64,000 nt of DNA from an uncultured Campylobacter sp. (GTDB lineage: Bacteria > Campylobacterota > Campylobacteria > Campylobacterales > Campylobacteraceae): contig CAURZM010000007.1 in the NCBI GenBank assembly GCA_963529625.1, positions 25,715-89,714 of the forward strand, in the 5' to 3' direction. How positions within the stretch are numbered: position 1 is the first letter of the stretch; every line of letters starts with the position of its first letter. The translations under genes were made by a program, and so were the position numbers. Shown here piece by piece: positions 52,005 to 62,834 of the stretch. The notes beneath the pieces are model-generated. The model ran no database searches, had not been told where the DNA came from, and saw nothing but the letters and a program-made list of their open reading frames with translations.

Positions 52005-52586
52005 TTTGACTGACACGGACGCAAATTAAAATTCCGCGGAATTGGTTGGAATTTTACCTCGAAAATTCCATGACATAATAAAATTATAAAATGCGAAATT
52101 TAGTCAAAATTCCGCGGAAATTTCTTAAATTTGAAATATAGAATTTAATAAAAATTCTTTAAAGATTATATTTTAGATTTCTTATATATATTTTACACCT
52201 AGTAGTATCACACCGGTTGTTTCTACATCTAAAATTCCTGATGCGTATTTAGCGCAGCTCTGTGGAGCGCTAGAAAGTAACTTACGACAGGGTATCGAGC
52301 TATATAGCTACTTAATATAAGAAAGAGGTGATTTGCTAAGAGAGAAATTTACCATAAGACACGAGGGTTGCTTTAAAATTTAAAAAGTTGAGTATAAGGC
52401 GGATTTAAAAATAAGGGAATTTATACGCTTAATTAGAATTTTTTGGATTTATGGTAGATTTTACGTATAGTTTAAAATTTCTAGAGTCTTTGCCTTATTG
52501 TAGGACAGCGAATGAGCGATAAAATTTACTGAGCTTTAAGTGATGAGAATATAAAATGGTGCGTCCATCAAATTTAAAGGCGATAA

Positions 52587-52763
52587 ATGGATCAAAGCAG
52601 GCTTGAGGAATTAAGAAAGCTCCTAAATAATCAGCACAGCGATGCAAAGCAAAATCTAACAGAAGGTCTTTATCCCAAAAATTTTAACGCTTTCGACTTC
52701 AAAAATTTAAAATTAGAAGATGCGAGCTCTAAGACTTTAAATTCCGATGATACCGCTTTTTAA
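52587..52763 (+). CDS. Orphan MDQSRLEEL leader ORF (58 aa), in frame with the downstream copy E
   Basis: Translated by hand as MDQSRLEELRKLLNNQHSDAKQNL...DDTAF*. The TAA at 52761-52763 is in the same frame as 52767/52779. Confidence 0.6.
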   Translation: MDQSRLEELRKLLNNQHSDAKQNLTEGLYPKNFNAFDFKNLKLEDASSKTLNSDDTAF

Positions 52764-52778
52764 AAGGTGCTTGAAATA

Positions 52779-53513
52779 ATGGAAAATTATAATGAACAAA
52801 AAGCCAGAGACTACGACAAAAATCCGATAGTAATAAAAGACTATGCTTTTTACGACTATATGAAATATTCCACGATTGCTACGCTTATAGGATGCTTATT
52901 CTTCATCTCGGTCGTTACCGTAGTAAACCCCATTGAGCCCAAAAATTTTAGATTACTTCCTTTCGCTTTGGTAATGTTTTTTATCAGGCGAAAGCAACAA
53001 AAGGGCGTCTATTTCGTATTTAACGATTCGGATATCAAATATTACAAAGAAGATAAAGCTTATAAATCTTTGAAACTTGAACAAATCGGCGCCGTTGCGA
53101 TCAGTTTTGATCCGCGCTGGGACCGGCAGCAGAGGATAAGTATACCCGAAATGCTGTTTTTGTCGCTTTGGCCTTTGGGCGCATACGTTATGCGCGGAAT
53201 GCATGCGATGATCGCGCTAATTTCGATGATAGCAATTAGCCTATTCGGAGCGAGCATATTGATGCATCTTAAAAATGGCAGTTTCAGATGCTTAGGCATC
53301 TATGACCGGCTTGTGATATACGGCGAAACGGGCGATCTTAGAATTATAAATGTTTTGATTTATAGCGAAAAAGAGTATCTGGAATTAAAAGAGTATTTTA
53401 TGCGCAAAACGCATATAGATTTAGATACCGTCCCTCGCACCTTGTCGGTATTTAGCAAAAAGGTAAAATTTAGAAAATTTAAATTTAGAAAGAGATATCA
53501 TAAGGCGAATTAA
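52779..53513 (+). CDS. RDYDK-family variable membrane protein, copy E
   Basis: MENYNEQKARDYDKNPIVIKDY start. The body resembles copy A (TVVNP, HLKNGS, EYLELKEYFM, FRKFKF). Alternative GTG start at 52767. Confidence 0.82.
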   Translation: MENYNEQKARDYDKNPIVIKDYAFYDYMKYSTIATLIGCLFFISVVTVVNPIEPKNFRLLPFALVMFFIRRKQQKGVYFVFNDSDIKYYKEDKAYKSLKLEQIGAVAISFDPRWDRQQRISIPEMLFLSLWPLGAYVMRGMHAMIALISMIAISLFGASILMHLKNGSFRCLGIYDRLVIYGETGDLRIINVLIYSEKEYLELKEYFMRKTHIDLDTVPRTLSVFSKKVKFRKFKFRKRYHKAN

Positions 53514-53554
53514 AAAGTAAGGAAATAAGCTGATTTTATAAAAAGTACTGATAA

Positions 53555-54295
53555 ATGGAAAATTTTAATAAACAGCAAACAAGAGATTACGACAAAGATC
53601 CGATAATTCTTAAAAACTACGAATATCTATATCAAAAGCTATTAATGGTTTTCTCTCTTTTTATGGGCGGCGTATTTGCCATAATCGTAAATTTTGATTG
53701 GAAAGCCAGCGGCGCAGCGAATTATAGCGCCAATGACGGTATATGCATGATTTTGTTTCTATCATTTTTATCGCTATTCATTATATTGCCGGAGCTTATA
53801 GATTATAGAAAAGAGAGACCGACGATACGGCTTAAAAACAACCAAATAGAATTTTACGAAAAAGATAAAATCGCGTATGTCGAGCAATGTGAAAATTTAC
53901 AGCATAATATGGATTGGTCCTTTTTTATAGGAAATTTTAAAGGAAAAAGAGGATTGCTATATATGTTTATGGCGGTATTGCTATGCTTGGTTTTCATGAC
54001 GATTGATCTCGTGGTTGCTCGTTGGTTTTTGAGCTTTGCTTTGTTTCAGTTTGCGGGCAATATATTAGTAAAATTTATCTTTTGTCTTGTTTTGGGAAAG
54101 AGCGGTGATAGGAGATTTTCGCTTTTTCCTGCATTGAGAGTTGGCGAACCGCATTATGGACATATCGGCTTATTTGCTTGCTCTAGATATTATTTAATAC
54201 CGATATTTAAAAATTCGATATATTTTGAATTGAAAGAGTATTTCTTAGCTAGACACAATATAAATATCAACGATGTAGATAAAATTTATTTCTAG
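53555..54295 (+). CDS. RDYDK-family variable membrane protein, copy F
   Basis: RDYDKDPIILKNY anchor; C-terminus resembles copies B and C (RYYL...ELKEYFL...NINI..V.K.Y). Confidence 0.82.
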   Translation: MENFNKQQTRDYDKDPIILKNYEYLYQKLLMVFSLFMGGVFAIIVNFDWKASGAANYSANDGICMILFLSFLSLFIILPELIDYRKERPTIRLKNNQIEFYEKDKIAYVEQCENLQHNMDWSFFIGNFKGKRGLLYMFMAVLLCLVFMTIDLVVARWFLSFALFQFAGNILVKFIFCLVLGKSGDRRFSLFPALRVGEPHYGHIGLFACSRYYLIPIFKNSIYFELKEYFLARHNININDVDKIYF

Positions 54296-54350
54296 CTATA
54301 AGTGACACAAAAATTTTATCAAAATGTATGGTGCAGAATTTTTCATGCAA

Positions 54351-54386
54351 CAAATTCCATCCCGCGATACGGCGGAATGGAATTTG
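54351..54386. terminator. Hairpin between convergent genes
   Basis: CAAATTCCAT-C-CCGC...GCGG-A-ATGGAATTTG inverted repeat. Confidence 0.6.
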
Positions 54387-54448
54387 AAAGCAGCTCATTC
54401 GTAGCGAGTAAATCTAAACAGAATTTTAAAATTTAAATCCCAAAAACG

Positions 54449-54886
54449 CTAGCCATTGTATCCTAAGCGGCGCATATTTGCGCACGCGTCCTTGTAGCCG
54501 TAATAGCACGAGATGCGGTATAGATCAATGGCGTTGAATTTATTTTGCTCCACACCCTCACCTTTTTCAAACATCGCTGCGAGCTTCTGGCAAGCAGGAA
54601 AGTTTTGAGAGAGCGTGCACGCGGCGTTGTAGGCATTGGCGGCGGAAGCATAGTCGCGCTTGGAATACATAGAATCGGCGAAATTTAAACACATTGCGCC
54701 ATTGCCGTTTTTGCACGCATCGCTTTGCACGACGCTGCCTTGTAGGTTCATCGCACGGATACCATCTTGAACGTCGGCGAAAGAATATTTGCCGCTCTTT
54801 GGCGCATCGACTGCGCTCTTTGGCGCGTTGCTAACGCAGCCTGCTAAAAATACTCCGGCGGCAATCAAAGCTAGAATTTTTTTCAT
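54449..54886 (-). CDS. Sel1-like repeat lipoprotein
   Basis: Lipobox FLAGC; Cys-paired SLR motifs (ACQKLAAMFEKGEGV, SCYYGYKDAC). Confidence 0.88.
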   Translation of the reverse strand: MKKILALIAAGVFLAGCVSNAPKSAVDAPKSGKYSFADVQDGIRAMNLQGSVVQSDACKNGNGAMCLNFADSMYSKRDYASAANAYNAACTLSQNFPACQKLAAMFEKGEGVEQNKFNAIDLYRISCYYGYKDACANMRRLGYNG

Positions 54887-54896
54887 ATTTTGCTCC

Positions 54897-55232
54897 TTAA
54901 TTTTTTGAAATTTGGCGACCTAAAACGTAATAGGTCTCTTTGCCCGCGACCTTTTGCAGCTTGAGCTTAAATTTTTCCGACCAAGCGCTGATAATCTGTT
55001 CCACAGCGGTCTTGCGCTCCTCGTTAGTAGCGTCATTTTTTATCTTAAAATACGGGTTTGAATTCGACATCGCCACGTGCGCACCGTAAATTTTAAGCTT
55101 ATCATTCAGCCCTACAATGCGATCAAGCTCGTTATCCTCAAAATCGCACTTCGATAAAATTCCTCGTAGCTGCGCGACCGTCGCGTCGTTTACGCTATAT
55201 CCTAGCGCTAGCAAAATTCCATCTTCACTCAT
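54897..55232 (-). CDS. Conserved hypothetical protein downstream of prfB
   Basis: 113-aa ORF in the track. Start placed at MSEDG after AAAGGA; HVAMSNSNPYFKIK...KETYYVLG. Confidence 0.75.
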   Translation of the reverse strand: MSEDGILLALGYSVNDATVAQLRGILSKCDFEDNELDRIVGLNDKLKIYGAHVAMSNSNPYFKIKNDATNEERKTAVEQIISAWSEKFKLKLQKVAGKETYYVLGRQISKN

Positions 55233-55253
55233 TCTCATCCTTTCGAAAAAAAT

Positions 55254-56351
55254 TTATCTGTTCGCTTGTGAAATCAAAACACCTTCGATTATGCTTTTTA
55301 TATCGCCGTCTAAAATCGCATCGGTTTGGCTATAAGCCTCGCCGCTGCGATTATCCTTAACCTGCTGATACGGGAAAAGCACGTAGGAGCGGATCTGATG
55401 CCCCCAGCCGATCTCGCTTTTAGGCACGTTCTCGTCCTTCTCGCGCTGTTTCATCAGCTCCAGCTCGTAAAGGCGCGACTTTAACACCTTCATCGCCGTT
55501 TCTTTGTTTTTGTGCTGGCTTCTGTCGTTTTGGCAGTTTACTACGATGCCCGTCGGGATGTGCGTGATACGCACAGCGCTTTCGGTTTTATTGATATGCT
55601 GCCCGCCTGCGCCGCTTGCGCGAAACACGTCGACGCGAATATCCTTCTCTTCGATATTTATTTCTATATCATCATTTAGCTCGGGGCTTACCATTACGCT
55701 TGAAAAGCTCGTATGTCTGCGCCCTGCGCTATCAAATGGGCTTACGCGCACCAGGCGGTGGATGCCGTTTTCGGCTTTCAGATACCCGTAGGCGTTCTCG
55801 CCGCGCACGATGAAGCTAACGTCCTTAAGACCCGCTTCCTCGCCCTCTTGAAAGTCTAAAACCTCGATCTTAAAGCCCTCTCGCTCGCAAAAGCGCAGAT
55901 ACATGCGGTATAGCATACTCGCCCAGTCGTTGCTCTCCGTACCGCCCGCGCCCGGATGAATGCTGACGATAGCGTTTTTATCGTCGTTTTCGCCGCCAAG
56001 CATCATAGAAATTTCTAAATTTATGATTTTGTCCTCTAACTCACCCGCCTCGGCAAAAAGCGAGTTTATCGTCTCCTCGTCATTTTCCGAGTTTGCCAGC
56101 TCATATAGAGCCTTTGCGTCATCTACGGCGTTTTTAGCGTTTAGAAATTTATTTAAGATATTTGAAATTTTAGTTTTTTCCTTGCCGATGGCGCCTGCTT
56201 TTGCAACGTCCTGCCAGAGATTTTGATCGTTTTCAAGCTCCTCGATCTCTTTTAGGCGCGCTTTAATGTTCTCCGGTTTTACGACGCCCGCAATATTTTC
56301 GACTTTAGTATTTAGGGTTTTTAAAAGTTCCGTGTATTCGTAATTATCCAA
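55254..56351 (-). CDS. prfB: Peptide chain release factor 2
   Basis: SPF anticodon-mimic motif and GAGGQ motif; single continuous ORF. Confidence 0.98.
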   Translation of the reverse strand: MDNYEYTELLKTLNTKVENIAGVVKPENIKARLKEIEELENDQNLWQDVAKAGAIGKEKTKISNILNKFLNAKNAVDDAKALYELANSENDEETINSLFAEAGELEDKIINLEISMMLGGENDDKNAIVSIHPGAGGTESNDWASMLYRMYLRFCEREGFKIEVLDFQEGEEAGLKDVSFIVRGENAYGYLKAENGIHRLVRVSPFDSAGRRHTSFSSVMVSPELNDDIEINIEEKDIRVDVFRASGAGGQHINKTESAVRITHIPTGIVVNCQNDRSQHKNKETAMKVLKSRLYELELMKQREKDENVPKSEIGWGHQIRSYVLFPYQQVKDNRSGEAYSQTDAILDGDIKSIIEGVLISQANR

Positions 56352-56409
56352 AATTTAAGACCTTTTTATGCTTTTGGCGTGATTATAACATATTTTGGAT
56401 TAAGGTTGT

Positions 56410-56634
56410 TTATAAAATTTTATTTAAGGCGGGCATTATGAAGCATTTGTCTATTAGGGATATCAAAACCTGCTTAATATTGCCATGATTAATCAGTTTA
56501 AGCTCCGTCGAGAGATCGGGCAAAGGGTCGTTTAGTAGCAGCTTTAGCTTTGCTTCTTCTAGCTTCAACTTTTTGCAATCGGCTTTTTTGTCTTCAAGCA
56601 TAGACACCACTAGTCTTAGCTTTTCTTTTGTCAT
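56410..56634 (-). CDS. Small hypothetical protein, third gene of the DUF883 operon
   Basis: ATGA overlap with the upstream gene. Confidence 0.6.
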   Translation of the reverse strand: MTKEKLRLVVSMLEDKKADCKKLKLEEAKLKLLLNDPLPDLSTELKLINHGNIKQVLISLIDKCFIMPALNKIL

Positions 56635-56906
56635 TTCGCTTTGCACGAAAGCACCTTATATACGATAATAGAGCATAAAAAAGCTGCAACAGAGCAAGCA
56701 AAATACGCCCAAATTTCTCCGATAGTTTTTTCAAGAAGCGCGTGCAGTCCTAGCAAAAAGAATACTAAGCCTATAACGCAAATCACACCCGTAATTATAT
56801 TTAGTAAAACCGAATTGGCGCTCTTTAAAAAAGAGCGCCTGATATCGCTAGCTTGAGCGTCTACGAGCTCTACTACCGAAACTATAAATTCAGATATGCC
56901 GGCCAT
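56631..56906 (-). CDS. Two-TM YqjE/phage-holin-family-like membrane protein
   Basis: TAATG coupling to the DUF883 gene; two TM helices. Confidence 0.65.
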   Translation of the reverse strand: MAGISEFIVSVVELVDAQASDIRRSFLKSANSVLLNIITGVICVIGLVFFLLGLHALLEKTIGEIWAYFACSVAAFLCSIIVYKVLSCKAK

Positions 56907-57205
56907 TATTTTTTCAGCAACCAAGCGAGCAAAAATCCGACGCCGGCAGCGATAGCAATGCTTTTTATCGGATCTTGTTTTATCGTGTCATTCACGCTTT
57001 CTATGCCGTCTTTGCCTTTGAGCCTTAGATCATCTATATATTTTTTGATCTCATTGCTGTTTAGCTGATCTAAAATTTTATCTTTAGCAGACTCTGCACG
57101 CTCTGCGCCTATATTTTTGATGGACTTCATAATCTCTTTAAAATCCGCTTTTAAAGAGTCGATATCCTTTTTCAAAGAATCTAAATTTGTCTCTTGAGTA
57201 GCCAT
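56906..57205 (-). CDS. DUF883/YqjD/ElaB family tail-anchored protein
   Basis: Coiled N-terminus and C-terminal IKQDPIKSIAIAAGVGFLLAWLLKK. Confidence 0.88.
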   Translation of the reverse strand: MATQETNLDSLKKDIDSLKADFKEIMKSIKNIGAERAESAKDKILDQLNSNEIKKYIDDLRLKGKDGIESVNDTIKQDPIKSIAIAAGVGFLLAWLLKK

Positions 57206-57370
57206 TTTCGCTCCTTTTCAAGTTTATTTTAGAGCTAAAGCTCGTGATAGATTTTAGTACTCATTGATTAACGCTCGCTAAATAGACCGCCCTTTCGCGC
57301 TTAATTTATACCTTTAATATTTTTTGATATAATTGCCGGCCTTAATATTTTATATTGAAAAGAGAGAATA

Positions 57371-58192
57371 ATGCAAATTATTAGAAGCGTAGAGGAGCTA
57401 AAAAGCTTCAGAGCATCAGCAAGCGGCAGCGTGGGCTTCGTGCCTACGATGGGGGCTTTGCACGCGGGGCATGCGAGCCTCATAAAAAGAGCGCGAAACG
57501 AAAACGACATCGTAATCGTCTCCGCATTCCTCAATCCGGCGCAGTTTTTGCCCGGCGAGGATCTAAATAGCTACCCAAAAAACGAAGCGGGCGATATTAA
57601 AATTTGCGAGAGCCTCGATGTGAACGCGCTTTTTATCCCGAGCACGGATGAAATTTACGGCACGGAGGAGCCAGCGATCATAGCGCCTAAGCCAATAAGT
57701 GAAATTTTAGAAGGCAAAACGCGCCCTGGGCACTTCGACGGCGTACTTAAGGTGCTAAATAAGCTTTTTAATCTAACTCGTCCTAGCAACGTTTATATGG
57801 GCAAAAAGGACACCCAGCAGCTTTTCATCGTGCAGAAGATGGTAAAGAGCTTTTTTATGCCTATAAGTATCATCCCTTGTGAGATCGTGCGCGAAAGTGA
57901 TGGGCTCGCGCTTAGCTCGCGCAACGCTTATTTGGACGAGGAGGGCAAGCTTATGGCGCTTAAGCTTTCGCGCTCCTTGCTAAATGCCAGCTCGCTTATT
58001 AAAAAAGGTGAGATCAGCCTAAATATCATCCGCGAAAAGATGCTTAGCGTGCTTGAGCCGCTGGCGGTCGATTATATAGCGTTCGTGGATTATAAATTTA
58101 ATGAAATTTCGCAGATCAAGCAAGGCGATACGATAATCCTGCTTGCCGCCAAAGTCGGCACGACCCGCCTGATCGATAATATCTGGCTGTAA
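57371..58192 (+). CDS. panC: Pantoate-beta-alanine ligase
   Basis: [38 protein letters not shown] and RLIDN motifs. Confidence 0.98.
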   Translation: MQIIRSVEELKSFRASASGSVGFVPTMGALHAGHASLIKRARNENDIVIVSAFLNPAQFLPGEDLNSYPKNEAGDIKICESLDVNALFIPSTDEIYGTEEPAIIAPKPISEILEGKTRPGHFDGVLKVLNKLFNLTRPSNVYMGKKDTQQLFIVQKMVKSFFMPISIIPCEIVRESDGLALSSRNAYLDEEGKLMALKLSRSLLNASSLIKKGEISLNIIREKMLSVLEPLAVDYIAFVDYKFNEISQIKQGDTIILLAAKVGTTRLIDNIWL

Positions 58193-58193
58193 A

Positions 58194-59510
58194 ATGGCAA
58201 AACTCCATCTCGTCTCGCTGGGCTGCAATAAAAATTTAGTCGATAGCGAGATCATGCTCGGACGTTTGCAAAACTACGAGCTCACGGATGAGCCTGCGAG
58301 TGCGGATGTGATGATCGTAAATACCTGCGGCTTCATCGCAAGCGCCAAGCAGGAGAGTATCCGCACGATTTTGAAGCTTAGCGAGCAGAAAAAAGACGGC
58401 GCGCTGCTGGTCGTCACGGGTTGCCTCATGCAGCGCTACAAAGACGAGCTTATGCGCGAACTGCCCGAGGTCGATATTTTTAGCGGCGTTGGCGACTACG
58501 ATAAAATCGATGAGATGATTTTAAAAAAGCAGAATTTATTCAGCCCGCAAACCTATCTGCAAAGCCCCGCGCTTACCTCTTCGCGCGTGATAACGGGCTC
58601 AAACTACCACGCTTACGTTAAAATTTCGGAGGGCTGTAATCAAAAATGCAGCTTCTGCGCGATCCCGACCTTTAAGGGCAAGCTAAAATCCCGCTCGCTC
58701 GAAAATATTGTAAGCGAAGTAGAGAAGCTCGTAAAAAAGGGCTACTACGACTTTAGCTTCCTCTCGCAGGATAGCAGCTCGTATATGCGCGATCACGCGG
58801 TTAGCGACGGGCTCATCTCTCTCATCGACGCGGTCGAGAAGATAGAGGGCGTCAAAACCGCGCGCATACTTTATCTCTATCCGAGCACGACTTCAAACGC
58901 GCTAGTGGGGCGCATCATCGCCTCGCCCGTGTTTGTGAACTACTTTGATATGCCGATCCAGCACGCAAGCGATAAAATGCTAAAAATCATGAGGCGCGGA
59001 AGCGGCGCGGTGCGGATCAAAGAGCTTTTAAATTTGATGAAAAGAGCGCCCGATGCGTTTTTGCGAACGGGCGTTATCGTCGGACATCCAGGCGAGAGCG
59101 AAGCGGAATTTGACGAGCTTTGCGCGTTTTTGCAGGAGTTTAAATTTGACCGCGTTTCGGCGTTTGCATATTCGAAAGAGGAGGACACGCTCTCATACGA
59201 GATGGAGCAGGTGCCTGCCAAAATCATCTCAAAGCGCTTAAGCAAAATAGAAAAGATCACCCGCGCCGCGATCGAAGCGAGCTTCGCGCAGGAGCTGGGC
59301 AAGAAATTTATCGTTTCGCTAGAGGGCGAAAGCAGCGAGGGCGAGATGTTTTACGCCGCGAAAAAGGCGATCTGGGATAAGGACATCGACGGCGAAATTT
59401 TGATCAACGAAAGCGACGTGGAGCAGCTAGAAACCGGCGGTCGCTACTGGTGCGAGATCACGCAGGTAGCGGGCAGCCAGGCGCTAGGCAAGATCACGGC
59501 AAAGGCCTAA
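58194..59510 (+). CDS. rimO: Ribosomal protein S12 methylthiotransferase
   Basis: [18 protein letters not shown] and [13 protein letters not shown] motifs. Confidence 0.96.
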   Translation: MAKLHLVSLGCNKNLVDSEIMLGRLQNYELTDEPASADVMIVNTCGFIASAKQESIRTILKLSEQKKDGALLVVTGCLMQRYKDELMRELPEVDIFSGVGDYDKIDEMILKKQNLFSPQTYLQSPALTSSRVITGSNYHAYVKISEGCNQKCSFCAIPTFKGKLKSRSLENIVSEVEKLVKKGYYDFSFLSQDSSSYMRDHAVSDGLISLIDAVEKIEGVKTARILYLYPSTTSNALVGRIIASPVFVNYFDMPIQHASDKMLKIMRRGSGAVRIKELLNLMKRAPDAFLRTGVIVGHPGESEAEFDELCAFLQEFKFDRVSAFAYSKEEDTLSYEMEQVPAKIISKRLSKIEKITRAAIEASFAQELGKKFIVSLEGESSEGEMFYAAKKAIWDKDIDGEILINESDVEQLETGGRYWCEITQVAGSQALGKITAKA

Positions 59511-59511
59511 A

Positions 59512-60498
59512 ATGCTAAGCGCGCCCGTTTTGCATAAGCTAAAATCGGGACGAAATCTGCTTGCTTTTTCGCACGGCGTCGATAGTACGGCGCTTTTTTA
59601 CCTTTTAGACGAGGCGGGCGTGAAATTTGACCTTGCGATCGTGGATTATAACGTCCGCGCGCAAAGCAAGGACGAAGTCGCCTCGGCAAGGCATTTGGCG
59701 GTCAAATTTAACAAACGAATCTACGTAAAAAGCGTGCGTCTGGGTGCGTCGAATTTCGAGCACGAGGCGCGTGCGGCCAGATATGAGTTTTTCGCCGAGA
59801 TTTGCCGCGAGCAGGGATATGAAAATTTGATCTTGGCGCATCAGTTTGACGATAAATTCGAGTGGTTTTTGATGCAGCTTGGGCGCGGCGCGGGAATTAG
59901 CGAGCTACTAGGCATGCAGGAGATCGAAGCCCGCGAGGACTACGTGATCGCTCGTCCGCTTCTAGGCGTGCGAAAGTGCGAGCTGGAGCGGTTTTTGCGT
60001 GAGCGAAACCTAAAATACTTCACCGACGAGACGAATTTGACGGACCGGTTTAAACGCGGCTTTATTCGCGCGAAATTTAGCGAGCCGTTTTTAAACGAGT
60101 ACTTTAGCGGCGTAAAAAAGAGCTTTGAGTTTTTGGCGGTCGATGCGTTAAATTTGGCTCCCGAGATTTTTAATCCCGCGGCAAAAATTTATCTCGTAAA
60201 ACGCGGTCTTGGCGAGCTTCGCGGCGTGGATCAGGCGTGCAAGCGGCTAGGACTCGTATTAAGCTCGGCGCAGCGAAACGAATGCGCTCGCTGCCTAGAA
60301 AACGGCGCAGGCTGCGTGCTAGGCGGCAAGGTAGCCGTGGGGGCGGGCAAAAATTTTATTCTCGTAACGCCATATATCAAAGCGGCGATGGACAAGAAAT
60401 TTAAAGAAGCGTGCCGCACCCTAAAAATCCCTCCGATAAACCGCGGATTTTTATTTACCGCGGGCGCGGATCTTGCGCTATTTGAGGAGCTTTTATGA
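59512..60498 (+). CDS. tilS: tRNA(Ile)-lysidine synthetase
   Basis: AFSHGVDS PP-loop, EHEARAARY, LAHQFDD and RPLL motifs. Confidence 0.93.
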   Translation: MLSAPVLHKLKSGRNLLAFSHGVDSTALFYLLDEAGVKFDLAIVDYNVRAQSKDEVASARHLAVKFNKRIYVKSVRLGASNFEHEARAARYEFFAEICREQGYENLILAHQFDDKFEWFLMQLGRGAGISELLGMQEIEAREDYVIARPLLGVRKCELERFLRERNLKYFTDETNLTDRFKRGFIRAKFSEPFLNEYFSGVKKSFEFLAVDALNLAPEIFNPAAKIYLVKRGLGELRGVDQACKRLGLVLSSAQRNECARCLENGAGCVLGGKVAVGAGKNFILVTPYIKAAMDKKFKEACRTLKIPPINRGFLFTAGADLALFEELL

Positions 60499-61151
60499 GC
60501 GTTTATTTTACCTCCGATCTGCACTTCGGCCACGAGCTGGTACTGAAAAAATACCCGAATTTTAGAAAAGGCGCGAACGTGGCCGAGATGGATGAAAATC
60601 TCATTGCCGCTTGGAATGCGCTCGTTACGCCCGAGGATCTCGTCTATAATCTCGGCGATGTGTCCTTTCACAAGGATATTGCGCACACTTGCGAGTTACT
60701 TCGCAGACTAAACGGGCGACATTTTTTAGTGCTCGGTAACCACGACGGGCGCATCGCCGCGATGAAAAACGAACTGCTAAGCCAACACAAGGCGGACGGT
60801 AATTTTATGTTTGAGCAGATCGTGGGCTACGCCTTTGTGCGCCTATCGCATAAGAGAGCGGCTCTGTCTCACTACCCGATGATCGAGTGGGCAAACTGCC
60901 ATTATGGCGCACTGATGCTCTACGGTCACCTGCACGCAGATATGGCTGAAGTTTCGGGCAGGGCGCTAAACGTGGGCTTTGATCTGCACGGCAAAATTTT
61001 AAGCGAGGACGAGGTGTGGTCGTATCTGAAAGATATCCCGCCCAAGGCTCATCACGCAAGTGAGCTAGAGGGCATTAGCGATAGTGACGATGTGGAGCAA
61101 AGGCGGGCTTTGATAGAAAATTTTTTACGCAAAATTAATCGGGATTCGTGA
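60495..61151 (+). CDS. Calcineurin-like metallophosphoesterase
   Basis: FTSDLHFGH, LGD, GNHD, SHYP, GHLH and NVGFD motifs. Confidence 0.9.
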   Translation: MSVYFTSDLHFGHELVLKKYPNFRKGANVAEMDENLIAAWNALVTPEDLVYNLGDVSFHKDIAHTCELLRRLNGRHFLVLGNHDGRIAAMKNELLSQHKADGNFMFEQIVGYAFVRLSHKRAALSHYPMIEWANCHYGALMLYGHLHADMAEVSGRALNVGFDLHGKILSEDEVWSYLKDIPPKAHHASELEGISDSDDVEQRRALIENFLRKINRDS

Positions 61152-61381
61152 AAAAATAGAATTTACGGCGCAAGACGGATCTTTGCGGCAAATGAGCTTA
61201 AATTTAAAATCGAGCTGATTTAAATACGAATGATTTTACCCAGCCAAAATCCATTATGTAACGCGAGATAAAATTTAATAAAATGCGGCGCAAACAGGCA
61301 ACTAAATCGTATCAAGCAAACGCAATACTGCAAAGATAAAATTTTCAAATTCTGCCTAGGTGCCAGAGCGAAAAATTTGAT

Positions 61382-62137
61382 CTAGCGGGCTTCCAGCATC
61401 GCGATTTTGTTGATGTAATCGGCGAAATTTAGATTTATCAGATTTGTTTTGATGAAGATGCGCGTGAAAATCACATAACCAATCTCGTTGCTAAGCGTGC
61501 CGTCTGAGTAGATGAAAACATTAGTGAGAAACTCGCTATTTTCGGATTTGTAGAAGGTCTCGATCTGGAAATTCAAAAGCTCGTAAAATAGCTCGTCAGT
61601 ATCGCTCATCGCCGCCTGCATCTCCTCATCGATACGCATTATATCGGCGTAGAGCACACGCTCTTGGTTGGCGACGACGAAACATGCGCGGTTATTAAAT
61701 TTCAGCGCAAACATCGCCATGTTTTCAAAATCGCTTTGATTTTTTAGCAAGAAGTATAAAATTTTAAATAAACTAGCGTGCGAGCTAAATTCTATTCCAA
61801 AAGTCTCATCCGCCGCCTGTGCACTTGCGCGAGGAAATTCCACTATGAAGCTATCATCGACTTTTTGATAAATGCTATTTTCTTTAATCATATAATCCTC
61901 GTTAAAATGCACCCTTTGATTTTCGTCGTCTATCAGCACGCAAGAGATTAAATTTTTATCACTCAGATCCGCAAAGCCCGCCAGCGAGGTAGCCAAATCG
62001 TTTTCTTGCGCGATAGGAAAGCGATCGGATTTCTCATCCAAAATTCTTTTGCCAAAGCCCAATTTTCTATAAAAAAACTCGCATGCGTCGGCACTTTTAG
62101 CGACGCCGAGGAATGATTTTGCTTTAAATAGTGCCAT
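61382..62137 (-). CDS. Hypothetical protein
   Basis: 251-aa ORF with an AGGAG RBS; no motif recognised. Confidence 0.75.
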   Translation of the reverse strand: MALFKAKSFLGVAKSADACEFFYRKLGFGKRILDEKSDRFPIAQENDLATSLAGFADLSDKNLISCVLIDDENQRVHFNEDYMIKENSIYQKVDDSFIVEFPRASAQAADETFGIEFSSHASLFKILYFLLKNQSDFENMAMFALKFNNRACFVVANQERVLYADIMRIDEEMQAAMSDTDELFYELLNFQIETFYKSENSEFLTNVFIYSDGTLSNEIGYVIFTRIFIKTNLINLNFADYINKIAMLEAR

Positions 62138-62183
62138 TTTTTCTCCTAAAATTGCAATTATACCGAAACACTATTATTTCAAA

Positions 62184-62834
62184 CTAAAATTTAGCGTCCT
62201 TCTCGGCGCTTGCAAAAAGCAGTTGCCTGATCGCCTCTTTGCCCGCTTCAAGGTCAAGCCCGGCTAAGCTTAGCGGCGCGCTGAGGCTGTAATTTATGCG
62301 CGAAAACGGCTTTGGCAATACCATCTCATCCCAGCTACGAAATTTCCAAAAACTGCTCGCTTCATAATTTAGCGCGTAAATGTCTAAGTTTAGCCGCTGC
62401 GCAAGGATCACGGCACCGTCGGCGACGCTGTGAAGCGGACCGCGCGGGCCATCGGGAGTGATGATAACGTCGGTGCCGCTTTTTATCTCTTTGATCGCAC
62501 CCATAAGTGCGCGCGCGCCGCCCTTAAAGCTACTACCGCGGATCGCACCGATGCCAAAATGCGAGATCACGCGCGTAATTATCTCGCCGTCTTTGTGATC
62601 GCTGATGATGACCTTGGCGCGCCTCTTGCCGAAATCCCGCAGCCACCAGCGCCTATAAGCAAAGCTCATCATCGCTAATCTTCCATGCCAAAACACGACG
62701 ACGCAGGGCTTTTCGGGCAGCTTCGTGGGGGTAAATTTAACCCTGCACGTTAAAAAAATACACCAAGTCAGAATAAAAATGAGATATTCAGAGGCGCGGA
62801 AAAACAGCCGCTTTTTAAGCGATAACTTGTCCAT
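62184..62834 (-). CDS. DUF374 lysophospholipid acyltransferase family (LpxJ-like)
   Basis: [25 protein letters not shown] and SWD..LPKPF motifs. Confidence 0.9.
   Translation of the reverse strand: MDKLSLKKRLFFRASEYLIFILTWCIFLTCRVKFTPTKLPEKPCVVVFWHGRLAMMSFAYRRWWLRDFGKRRAKVIISDHKDGEIITRVISHFGIGAIRGSSFKGGARALMGAIKEIKSGTDVIITPDGPRGPLHSVADGAVILAQRLNLDIYALNYEASSFWKFRSWDEMVLPKPFSRINYSLSAPLSLAGLDLEAGKEAIRQLLFASAEKDAKF

Noticed and set aside
55254..56351. Absence of the programmed +1 frameshift in prfB
   Set aside because: Many bacterial lineages lack it, so it is not unusual.
56410..57205. Holin-like gene as evidence of a prophage
   Set aside because: The context is a DUF883/YqjE-type operon with no phage genes nearby.
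60495..61151. Metallophosphoesterases here and at 14753 as anti-phage defence components
   Set aside because: They are stand-alone genes among housekeeping genes, with no ATPase, nuclease or cyclase partners.
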